Of a stretch of 35,021 nucleotides of DNA, positions 27,964-35,021 are shown piece by piece (the first letter of the stretch is position 1; each line of letters starts with the position of its first letter). The notes under the pieces were generated by a model. That model was not told where the DNA came from, ran no database searches, and worked only from the letters and a program-made list of their open reading frames with translations. The translations under genes and the position numbers were made by a program. The stretch comes from an uncultured Ruminococcus sp. (GTDB lineage: Bacteria; Bacillota; Clostridia; Oscillospirales; Ruminococcaceae): NCBI GenBank assembly GCA_946531975.1, contig CAMNAY010000001.1, positions 1-35,021 of the forward strand. The letters are read 5' to 3'.

Positions 27964-28070
27964 CTCACCCCTCTGGGCTCCGCTTCAAAATAAGAATGCG
28001 ATGGGCGACTTAGGGCTCTGCCGTAAGAACAAAAAGACTTCAATGAGACGCTGTATAAGCCTTGGAGATG

Positions 28071-28775
28071 TTATGATTTCTCTGTCTCAACGGCATTGCT
28101 TTGCTCCGTTTGCAGGCGAACTGTCGCCGCTGCGATGATGACACGCGCCGCACCGTCTGCTTTCAGCTCCGATGTACACTGGCGCAGTGTACTGCCGGAG
28201 GTCAGCACATCATCACAGAGCAGAATCGTCTGCCCGGTCAGGTCGCAGCCCGTGCCGTGAAACCGACCGGCATACTCTGTGCGCTCACGCCCGCTGACCT
28301 GATGCTGCCGCACGCGCCCTGCCTGCTCCGTCAGAAGACCGTCCCGCACCGGAACATGCAGGCTCGATGCCACCGCCCGTGCGAGCAGCTCCGCGTGACA
28401 GTATCCCTGTATTCTGCGCCGCTTCTTCGTGATCGGCACCCATGTGACGCAGTCCAGTTCTTCCGGATCGGTTACGGCGCGGATGCGGTCAGCGAGAACA
28501 ACTCCCGCATATGCCGCAAAGTTCCGGCAGCCGTCTTTCATCGCGAGAACACCGGATTTTGCAGCACCTTCATATTGAAATGCCACTGCCGCTGCATCCC
28601 ACGGATGCTTCGCTTCTGCATTCTGATTCGCCCATTCGCAGTATTCCGCCGGATGCTCCTTCAGTTCCGCTTCGCACGCCGCACAGATCAGGCGGTCATA
28701 TGCCAGACGGGACCCGCAGCAGCCGCATCGGTTCGGATACAGACAGTCCAGCGCCAGCATTTTCAGCCGGTTCAT
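28071..28775 (-). CDS. comFC: ComF-family protein ComFC (phosphoribosyltransferase-like)
   Basis: N-terminal Cys pairs CGCCGSRL...CAACEAEL and PRTase motif ILLCDDVLTSGSTLRQC. There is an ATGA overlap with the recD2 stop. Confidence 0.88.
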   Translation of the reverse strand: MNRLKMLALDCLYPNRCGCCGSRLAYDRLICAACEAELKEHPAEYCEWANQNAEAKHPWDAAAVAFQYEGAAKSGVLAMKDGCRNFAAYAGVVLADRIRAVTDPEELDCVTWVPITKKRRRIQGYCHAELLARAVASSLHVPVRDGLLTEQAGRVRQHQVSGRERTEYAGRFHGTGCDLTGQTILLCDDVLTSGSTLRQCTSELKADGAARVIIAAATVRLQTEQSNAVETEKS

Positions 28776-31009
28776 GCTTCTTCTGCCGCCTCCTCCGGCT
28801 GCTCCTTGCCGATCATCCTGCGGAGCATGTCGCAGAGACAGGAGTACCGCAGTGTCTTCTCCTGATTCTGCACCATTTCAGCGACCTTTCGCGGCGAACC
28901 GATCAGAATGAGCAGCTTTTTCGCACGGGTCACTGCCGTATACAGCAGTGAGCGATAGCTCAGACGGTCACTGCCCTCCGGCAGCACCAGAATCACCGCC
29001 TCGAACTCGCTGCCCTGACTCTTGTGTACCGTCACTGCGTAGGAAAGCTCCAGCTGGTCGAGCTGTTTGGCATTGTAGGTGACGATCCTGCCGTCAAAAT
29101 CCACCTTCATCGTACCGGCGCTCTTGTTGATTTCCGTGACGGTGCCCATGTCGCCGTTGAATATCCCCGCGCCGCGCTCACCGTCCCGCGTCCACTCCAT
29201 TTCATACTGGTTCTGAATCTGCATGACCTTGTCGCCCTCGCGGAAGGTGTAGAGCAGATTCTTCAGGATCATTTTGCCGTATTGGGGCGGATTGACCGCT
29301 TCCTGAAGCATCTGATTCAGGGTGACCGTGCCGAGAATGCCCTTTCGGGTCGGGGAAATCACCTGAATATCGGTCTGGGGTGTGAAGCCGTATGCCTGCG
29401 GAAGCCGCCGCTGATACAGGTCGCGCAGGAATGCTGCGGCGTCGCCGGCATCGCGCCGGTCAAAGAAGAAGAAATCGCTCTGCTTATCTGTGAGGTCGGG
29501 CATCTCGCCGCGGACAATCCGGTGTGCGCTGCGGATGATGCAGCTCTCCTGTGCCTGCCGGAAGATCTCACGCAGGCGGACGACCGGAATCCTGCGGCTC
29601 TCTGTCAGTGCATGGAGCAGATACCCCGCGCCCACAGACGGAAGCTGATCTTCATCCCCGACGAGAATCACACGGCACGAAAGCCGCAGGGCACGCAGCA
29701 GCCCCTCAAACAGCAGGGTATCGACCATTGAGAATTCATCGACAATGACAACATCGGCTTTGAGCTGATTTTCCTCGTTGTGCTGGAAGGTGAGCTGTCC
29801 GTTTTCGTCATGGACGGTACCGAGCAGCCGGTGAACGGTCTTTGCTTCCCGTCCGGTCAGCTCGGTCATGCGTTTGGCAGCGCGTCCGGTCGGTGCTGCG
29901 AGAAGGACGGTGCTGCCCGCCTTCAGGCACAGATGGATGACGCCGTTGAGCGTTGTGGTCTTTCCCGTACCCGGTCCGCCCGTCAGCACCATGATGCCGC
30001 GGGAGAATGCGCATGCAATCGCCTTCTTTTGCAGTGCCGCATAGGTCATGCCGGTCTCCTGCTCCTCCTTCGCGATTGCCGCCGTGCAGTCAAAGTCCTG
30101 CGGCGGTGAGAACGCCAGCATTGCCGCAATGCGGGTCGCGATGTAGTCCTCCGCTTCGTAATAGTCGGAGAGATAGACATATTCGCCGTCGCCGCTCTGA
30201 TAGGCATAGAGCACATTGTCCGCCAGTGCATCCGCATATGCAGACTGAAAATCCGGTTCCGTGATGTTCAGCGCCTTGACCGCGACTTCACGGAAGGCTG
30301 CAAACGGCAGGCAGGTATGCCCCTCCAGCGCTGCCGTCCGGAAGAGCCAGCGGAAGCCCGCCAGCAGCCGCTTGACCGAATTCATCGGGATCTGCAGGTC
30401 GGCAGCGATGCGCTCCGCCTGCCGGAATTCCAGATCAATGCCGGTATCGCAGAGCCGGTAGGGGTTATCCTGAATGACCTCCCATGCAGCAGACCCCCAG
30501 CGGCGGTATGCCTGCATGGCGGCGGAGGCGGGAACACCGTATGCCTGAAGGCGCCCCATCAGACTGCGCAGTCCGAAGATCTGCTGTGCAGCTTCGGTAA
30601 TCTCCTCACATTTCTGCGGTGAGATTCCGCGGATCCGGAGCAGTTTTTCCGGCTCTTTTTCGATGACCTGAAGCGTGAATTCACCGAATTCTGCGACAAT
30701 CTTTTTTGCAAGTGCCTTGCCGATGCCGCGGATGACGCCGCTTGCCAGATACCGCTCGATGTTGACGACGGTCGAGGGCAGCGCACGCACGCAGCTCTCG
30801 GCACGGAACTGTTCTCCGAAGCGCGGGTGATTGACGAACGCGCCTGTCAGCTCCAGCTCCTCGCCCGGCTCGACCAGTCCGATCTCACCGACGACAGTAA
30901 TCATCGTTTCCTCAGTTTCGAGATCCGCGACGATATAACCGCTTTCCTCGTTATAAAACAGTACATCATCAACTGTCCCGCGAATTGCCTGCACCATTTT
31001 CTGCGGCAA
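28772..31009 (-). CDS. recD2: RecD2-type SF1B ATP-dependent DNA helicase
   Basis: Walker A LTGGPGTGKTT, Walker B VIVDEFSMVD, AVTVHKSQGSEF, and an N-terminal OB/HhH region. TTG start at 31009 with a GGAGAGGGGAG RBS; an alternative ATG lies at 30997. Confidence 0.92.
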   Translation of the reverse strand: MPQKMVQAIRGTVDDVLFYNEESGYIVADLETEETMITVVGEIGLVEPGEELELTGAFVNHPRFGEQFRAESCVRALPSTVVNIERYLASGVIRGIGKALAKKIVAEFGEFTLQVIEKEPEKLLRIRGISPQKCEEITEAAQQIFGLRSLMGRLQAYGVPASAAMQAYRRWGSAAWEVIQDNPYRLCDTGIDLEFRQAERIAADLQIPMNSVKRLLAGFRWLFRTAALEGHTCLPFAAFREVAVKALNITEPDFQSAYADALADNVLYAYQSGDGEYVYLSDYYEAEDYIATRIAAMLAFSPPQDFDCTAAIAKEEQETGMTYAALQKKAIACAFSRGIMVLTGGPGTGKTTTLNGVIHLCLKAGSTVLLAAPTGRAAKRMTELTGREAKTVHRLLGTVHDENGQLTFQHNEENQLKADVVIVDEFSMVDTLLFEGLLRALRLSCRVILVGDEDQLPSVGAGYLLHALTESRRIPVVRLREIFRQAQESCIIRSAHRIVRGEMPDLTDKQSDFFFFDRRDAGDAAAFLRDLYQRRLPQAYGFTPQTDIQVISPTRKGILGTVTLNQMLQEAVNPPQYGKMILKNLLYTFREGDKVMQIQNQYEMEWTRDGERGAGIFNGDMGTVTEINKSAGTMKVDFDGRIVTYNAKQLDQLELSYAVTVHKSQGSEFEAVILVLPEGSDRLSYRSLLYTAVTRAKKLLILIGSPRKVAEMVQNQEKTLRYSCLCDMLRRMIGKEQPEEAAEEA

Positions 31010-31034
31010 TGCTCCCCTCTCCTTTCTGCCGTAT

Positions 31035-31082
31035 AAAAACCGCCGATGACGCCGGTCTGAGCCGGATCATCAGCGGTTTTTT
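31035..31082 (-). terminator. Intrinsic terminator after the DUF4190-like gene
   Basis: On the minus strand: aaccgctgatga ... tcatcggcggttttta. This is a 10-12 bp stem with one G-U pair, followed by T5. Confidence 0.7.
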
Positions 31083-31102
31083 CTGGTTTATTCCGCAGCA
31101 GA

Positions 31103-31735
31103 TCAGTCAAAGCAGACCAGATAATACTGTGCTGCCATGCCTGCGGCTGCGCTTGCGGATTCAGATTCAGCCTCCGACGAAGAGCCCGAATTCACCGAGC
31201 TTCCGCCGTTCCATTTGGTGGCGACCGGAAGGCTGCCCCTGTCCTTATACTGATCGAGCAGAGCGTCCATGACATCGTAGAAGGTTGCGTCATAGCGTTC
31301 AAAGAACTCATCGAACGGAGCTTCCGTATACTTTTTCAGGTAATCCGGAATCTCTCCGGTCTCCTCGTAGGTTGCAAAGACCGTATCCTGTTCCTCCGTG
31401 AGACGCGAGTAGTCATTGAGGATCTCCTCTGCGTGCGGCAGGAGCGGCCAGATGATATACAGAATCGTACCGATCAGGATCAGAGAGACTGCCGATGTGA
31501 TGATGCCGGTGATTGCAAGTCCTGTTCCGCTGCGCTTCTTCACCAGTGAGATGATACCGAAAATCAGCGAAAGCGGAATTGTGATGATGTCGATCAGACC
31601 CGCACAGCAGCAAATGCCCACGAGACTGACCAGACCCAGCGCGAGTGATGCAACCGCAAAGCCGCTGCCCCCGCCCTGCCGGGAATCGTCATAACCGCCG
31701 CTGCGGACGGTATCGAACATCTCTTGTCCTTCCAT
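31103..31735 (-). CDS. Hypothetical membrane protein, DUF4190-like N-terminal TM pair plus soluble C-domain
   Basis: GFAVASLALGLVSLVGICCCAGL and LIFGIISLV helices, with a Ser-rich acidic tail. I chose the ATG at 31735 (ACGGAG RBS) because the track start would overlap metA. Confidence 0.65.
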   Translation of the reverse strand: MEGQEMFDTVRSGGYDDSRQGGGSGFAVASLALGLVSLVGICCCAGLIDIITIPLSLIFGIISLVKKRSGTGLAITGIITSAVSLILIGTILYIIWPLLPHAEEILNDYSRLTEEQDTVFATYEETGEIPDYLKKYTEAPFDEFFERYDATFYDVMDALLDQYKDRGSLPVATKWNGGSSVNSGSSSEAESESASAAAGMAAQYYLVCFD

Positions 31736-31757
31736 ATTGTATTGCTCCGTTTCTGAA

Positions 31758-32705
31758 TTAAAATTCGCCTTCCCACTCCCAGTTGCGGAGCGGAAGCTCT
31801 TCCAAATGATACGGGGTTCGCTGATACACACAGTAATTGAGCCAGTTTGAGAACATCAGGTTGGCACTGCATCGCCATGTGAAATTCGGCGCCTGCTCAG
31901 GATCGTCATCGGGGAAGTAATGCTTTGGCATCTCGATCTCAAGCCCTTTGGCTTTGTCACGGAAATATTCGGATGCCAGCGTATTGCGGTCGTATTCGGA
32001 ATGTCCCGTGATAAAATACTGTCTGCCGTTGCGGTTGGCGACGATATGCACGCCGGCTTCTGCGGAACTGGTCAGAATCCGGAGCTGCTTCACCTGTTCG
32101 ATGTCCGCCCGCCGGACCTCGGTATGGCGGGAATGCGGGACATAGAACACATCGTCAAAGCCGCGCAGCAGCAGAGAATGCTTATACTCTGCGGTATGGG
32201 GGAAAATGCCGAACATCTTTTTTTCGAGCGGATATTTCGGCACGCCGAAATGATAATAGAGTCCCGCCTGTGCGCCCCAGCAGATATGCAGGGTACTGAA
32301 CACATGCGTTTTTGACCATTCCATCAGCTCACAGATTTCCTGCCAGTAATCGACCTGTTCAAAGTCGAGCTGCTCAACCGGTGCGCCGGTGATAATCATT
32401 CCGTCATAAAACTGTCCGCGGATCTCACTGAGCGTGGTATAGAACGCGTCCATATGGCTCTGTGAGGTATTCTTGGAGACATGCGACTCCATGCGCAGCA
32501 GGGAGATATCGACCTGAATCGGCGTATTGCTGAGCAGCCGCAGAAGCTGGAGCTCTGTTTCCAGCTTCTTCGGCATGATATTCAGCACGAGGATCCGCAG
32601 CGGACGGATATCCTGATGCGCAGCGCGGTCGCTGTCCATGACAAAGATATGCTCATTGAGGAGTGCCTGATAGGCAGGCAGCTCCGGTGATATGCAGATC
32701 GGCAA
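31758..32705 (-). CDS. metA: Homoserine O-acyltransferase MetA
   Basis: (M)[37 protein letters not shown] active-site region. TTG start at 32705 with an AAGGAG RBS 10 nt upstream. Confidence 0.92.
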   Translation of the reverse strand: MPICISPELPAYQALLNEHIFVMDSDRAAHQDIRPLRILVLNIMPKKLETELQLLRLLSNTPIQVDISLLRMESHVSKNTSQSHMDAFYTTLSEIRGQFYDGMIITGAPVEQLDFEQVDYWQEICELMEWSKTHVFSTLHICWGAQAGLYYHFGVPKYPLEKKMFGIFPHTAEYKHSLLLRGFDDVFYVPHSRHTEVRRADIEQVKQLRILTSSAEAGVHIVANRNGRQYFITGHSEYDRNTLASEYFRDKAKGLEIEMPKHYFPDDDPEQAPNFTWRCSANLMFSNWLNYCVYQRTPYHLEELPLRNWEWEGEF

Positions 32706-32787
32706 AGATAAAACGCTCCTTTCTGCCCCGCTCCGTGGGACATGCGGAGAACCATGCTGTCACACTGTCGCCGAACTTGCGGGGAAA

Positions 32788-34191
32788 TTATACGGGATGA
32801 ATCTGCTTCTGCGCATCGCCGTGAACACCGTCGAGCCCGAACTGCTTGTCGCGGCGCTTCTCAAAGAATTTGACGGCGACCTGTCCGAACTGTGCATAGG
32901 AGAGGACATCCTCCTCCTGAGTGATCCACTCAGCGCATTCTTCACGCAGCTTATCGAGCTCCGGCTCCAGCAGATCGGCGGGACGGCAGGTAATAGCCTC
33001 CTCGCCCTTGAGGATCTTCTTCTGGAATTCGGGGTCAATCGGGAGCGGCGTTCTGCCGTACTCGCCCTTGACCATTGCCTTGAACTCCTTGGTGACCATC
33101 TTATAGCGCTCGCCCATGACAATGTTGAACACTGCCTGCGTACCGACGATCTGGGAGGTCGGGGTGACGAGCGGCGGGAAGCCTGCATCCTTGCGGACGC
33201 GCGGGACTTCTTCGAGAACAGCGGTGAGCTGATCCTCCTTGCCTGCCTGCTTGAGCTGAGAGAGCAGGTTCGAGAGCATGCCGCCCGGAACCTGATAGAT
33301 CAGCGTCTTGGCATCGGCTGCGAGCATCTTCGGGTCGAGCAGCCCCTCCTTGATGTACTTCTCGCGAAGCTCCATGAAGTACGGGCGCAGTGCGCTGAGC
33401 TTGACCAGATCGAGTCCGGTGTCATACTCACTGCCCTGAAGCGCGGCGACCATGGATTCTGTCGGTGCATGGGAGGTGCCCAGTGCGAGCGGGCTGAGTG
33501 CGGTGTCGATCGAATCGACGCCTGCCTCCACAGCCTTCAGCAGGCACATCGAAGCCAGACCGGAGGTATAGTGCGTGTGAAGCTGAATCGGCAGCTTGAC
33601 AGCAGCCTTCAGCGCCTTGGTCAGCGACTCTGCGCGGTACGGGGTCAGCAGCGCAGCCATATCCTTAATGCAGATCGAATCCGCGCCGGCATCAGCGATG
33701 CGCTTTGCATATTCGACATAGTATTCATCGGTGAACACCTCGCCGGTCGTGAAGCTCATCGCGACCTGCGTATGCGCGCCCTCTTTCTTTGCCGCCTTGA
33801 TTGCGGTTTCGAGGTTGCGGATATCATTCAGCGCATCGAAGATACGGATGATATCAATGCCGTTTGCGATCGACTTCTGCACGAAATACTCGACCACATC
33901 GTCTGCATAGTGGCGGTAGCCGAGCATATTCTGTCCGCGGAACAGCATCTGAAGCGGAGTCTTCGGGCAGTGCTTCTTCAGTGTGCGCAGACGCTCCCAC
34001 GGATCCTCATTGAGGAAGCGCAGGCAGGAGTCAAAGGTCGCGCCGCCCCAGCATTCCAGCGACTGGAAGCCGATCTCATCGAGCTGTTCCAGCACAGGAA
34101 GCATGTCTGCGGTCGTCATGCGCGTTGCGAGCAGAGACTGGTGCGCGTCACGCAGTACGGTTTCTGTAATTCCAATTTTTGCCATAGTCAT
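32788..34191 (-). CDS. Carboxyltransferase 5S-type subunit (oxaloacetate decarboxylase alpha / pyruvate carboxylase B / transcarboxylase 5S family, without a fused biotin domain)
   Basis: ITETVLRDAHQSLLATRM, HTHYTSGLA; 467 aa. Confidence 0.9.
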   Translation of the reverse strand: MTMAKIGITETVLRDAHQSLLATRMTTADMLPVLEQLDEIGFQSLECWGGATFDSCLRFLNEDPWERLRTLKKHCPKTPLQMLFRGQNMLGYRHYADDVVEYFVQKSIANGIDIIRIFDALNDIRNLETAIKAAKKEGAHTQVAMSFTTGEVFTDEYYVEYAKRIADAGADSICIKDMAALLTPYRAESLTKALKAAVKLPIQLHTHYTSGLASMCLLKAVEAGVDSIDTALSPLALGTSHAPTESMVAALQGSEYDTGLDLVKLSALRPYFMELREKYIKEGLLDPKMLAADAKTLIYQVPGGMLSNLLSQLKQAGKEDQLTAVLEEVPRVRKDAGFPPLVTPTSQIVGTQAVFNIVMGERYKMVTKEFKAMVKGEYGRTPLPIDPEFQKKILKGEEAITCRPADLLEPELDKLREECAEWITQEEDVLSYAQFGQVAVKFFEKRRDKQFGLDGVHGDAQKQIHPV

Positions 34192-34204
34192 TCACACCTT
34201 CCGA

Positions 34205-34609
34205 TCAGCCCAGAATTGCCAGCGCGTCGCCGGGATTGACAGAGCTGCCCTTGGTTGTGTTGACGGAGAGAACGGTGCCGTCCTCCGGAGCAACGATGTC
34301 ATTTTCCATCTTCATTGCTTCCAGAATGAACAGAACCTGACCCTTCTTGACGGCATCGCCGGCTGCGCACTTGACATCGAGAATGGTGCCGGGCATCGGA
34401 GCGGAGACGGGGGTACCGTCTGCTGCGGATGCTGCGGGAGCTGCTGCCGGTGCAGGAGCTGCTGCGGGAGCGGGAGCTGCCGCCGGTGCAGGTGCCGCCG
34501 CGGGAGCGGGAGCTGCTGCGGGAGCGGGAGCTGCGCCAGCGCCAAGCTCCTCGACCGTGACATCATACTGCTTCTGATTTACCGTCACACGAAACTGCTT
34601 CATGCTCAT
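34205..34609 (-). CDS. Biotin carboxyl-carrier (1.3S / gamma-subunit-like) protein
   Basis: N-terminus [16 protein letters not shown], an (AAPAP)n linker, and the biotinyl-Lys motif [20 protein letters not shown] is present. Confidence 0.9.
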   Translation of the reverse strand: MSMKQFRVTVNQKQYDVTVEELGAGAAPAPAAAPAPAAAPAPAAAPAPAAAPAPAAAPAASAADGTPVSAPMPGTILDVKCAAGDAVKKGQVLFILEAMKMENDIVAPEDGTVLSVNTTKGSSVNPGDALAILG

Positions 34610-34678
34610 AACGAAATCCTCCTGAATGTATAGTTGAATGCGCGGAGCGCGTTTGCTCCTGCATGATTCTTTACCGGA

Positions 34679-35021
34679 TTAGAACGGGATATTGCTGTGC
34701 TTCTTCGGCATGCCGGAGACACGCTTGCCCTCCAGCAGCTCCAGTGCGTCGCAGACAGCCCTGCGGGTGTCCGCCGGTGCGATGACCGCATCGACAGCGC
34801 CGAGCTGTGCTGCCTTTTCAGCGGAAGCGAGGGTTGCCTTGTATTCCTTTGCGAGCTCGCTGCGCTTTGCAGCGGCATTGTCTGCGCCCTTGAGCTTATC
34901 GTGCCACAGGAACTCCACTGCGGATTCCGGACGCATCGGTGCAATCGCAGCTTCATCCCATGCGATGACATAATCGCTGCCTGCGCCTCTGCCGGCGATT
35001 GCGGAGAATGCCGCGCCGCAT
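34679..35021 (-). CDS. C-terminal part of an acyl-CoA carboxyltransferase 12S / methylmalonyl-CoA decarboxylase alpha-type subunit (5-prime end outside the window)
   Basis: The frame is open to the window edge: CGAAFSAIAGRGAGSDYVIAWDEAAIAPMRPESAVEFLWH ... RVSGMPKKHSNIPF. This is the characteristic C-terminus of this family. Confidence 0.85.
   Translation of the reverse strand, partial: CGAAFSAIAGRGAGSDYVIAWDEAAIAPMRPESAVEFLWHDKLKGADNAAAKRSELAKEYKATLASAEKAAQLGAVDAVIAPADTRRAVCDALELLEGKRVSGMPKKHSNIPF

Larger units (their letters stand above)
27708..27964 (-). ncRNA. Candidate structured non-coding RNA or long structured 3-prime UTR downstream of comFC (raiA-motif-like context; unverified)
   Basis: There is no credible ORF here. 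Several 8-14 bp stems are present, the tract ends at a same-strand terminator, and its position directly after recD2-comFC is the described raiA-motif context. I cannot verify the consensus by eye. Confidence 0.3.

Noticed and set aside
27556-28138. ORFs of 130 aa (minus, 27556-27948) and 76 aa (plus, 27908-28138), plus a 33-aa minus-strand ORF starting in the hairpin region of the comFC-downstream tract.
   Set aside because: None has a usable RBS spacing. Their sequences are built from hairpin arms and low-complexity runs, and one is antisense to the DUF4250 ORF. The region is better explained as non-coding.
32706-32787. Possible S-box (SAM) or T-box leader upstream of metA.
   Set aside because: Only 82 nt are available between the 5S subunit stop and the metA start. 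That is too short for either class, and none of the conserved S-box or T-box sequence blocks is visible.
34430-34545. Periodic ~15-nt GC-rich repeats (gctgc(c/t)gc(c/g)gg(t/a)gc(a/g)gg...) that look array-like.
   Set aside because: They lie inside the biotin-carrier CDS and encode its (AAPAP)n Pro/Ala hinge. They are not a CRISPR array or a non-coding VNTR, although the repeat could vary in length between strains.

Overview
This is a GC-rich chromosomal core segment from a Bacillota or Clostridia-type genome. The lineage clues are a perfect CIRCE operator in front of groES-groEL, a dockerin-bearing secreted protease, a SpoIVFB-like M50 peptidase, recD2-comFC and mreCD. I call about 30 intact CDS, most on the minus strand. 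In window order they are: a PASTA-domain gene 3-prime end; an Rrf2 regulator; an LtaS-family sulfatase; a translationally coupled MoxR ATPase / DUF58 / membrane transglutaminase triad; an M50 peptidase; nifS-mnmA; an AraC regulator; a four-gene response regulator / histidine kinase / PASTA-anchored protein / HtrA unit; groES-groEL; hemZ-like radical SAM; an N-terminal-dockerin M6-like metalloprotease; a disordered 4-TM hypothetical; trmO; a DtxR/MntR-type repressor; mreC-mreD; a 58-aa DUF4250 ORF missing from the ORF track; comFC-recD2; a DUF4190-like membrane protein; metA; and a 12S / biotin-carrier / 5S carboxyltransferase cluster that runs off the right edge. I found no rRNA, tRNA, CRISPR array, transposase, integrase, phage gene or recognisable defence gene, so I cannot support a claim of a new multi-gene system here. 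The most unexplained sequence is non-coding. A roughly 370-nt highly structured tract lies downstream of recD2-comFC (27702-28070) and is closed by a same-strand intrinsic terminator. That is the genomic context described for the raiA-motif RNA. A roughly 70-nt module of that tract recurs, in sense orientation behind another gene, at 308-376. The other notes (the TCS-PASTA-HtrA unit, the MoxR triad, the dockerin protease, the carboxyltransferase cluster) are moderate-interest context observations. The many long ORFs antisense to real genes are GC3 shadow ORFs and are rejected.
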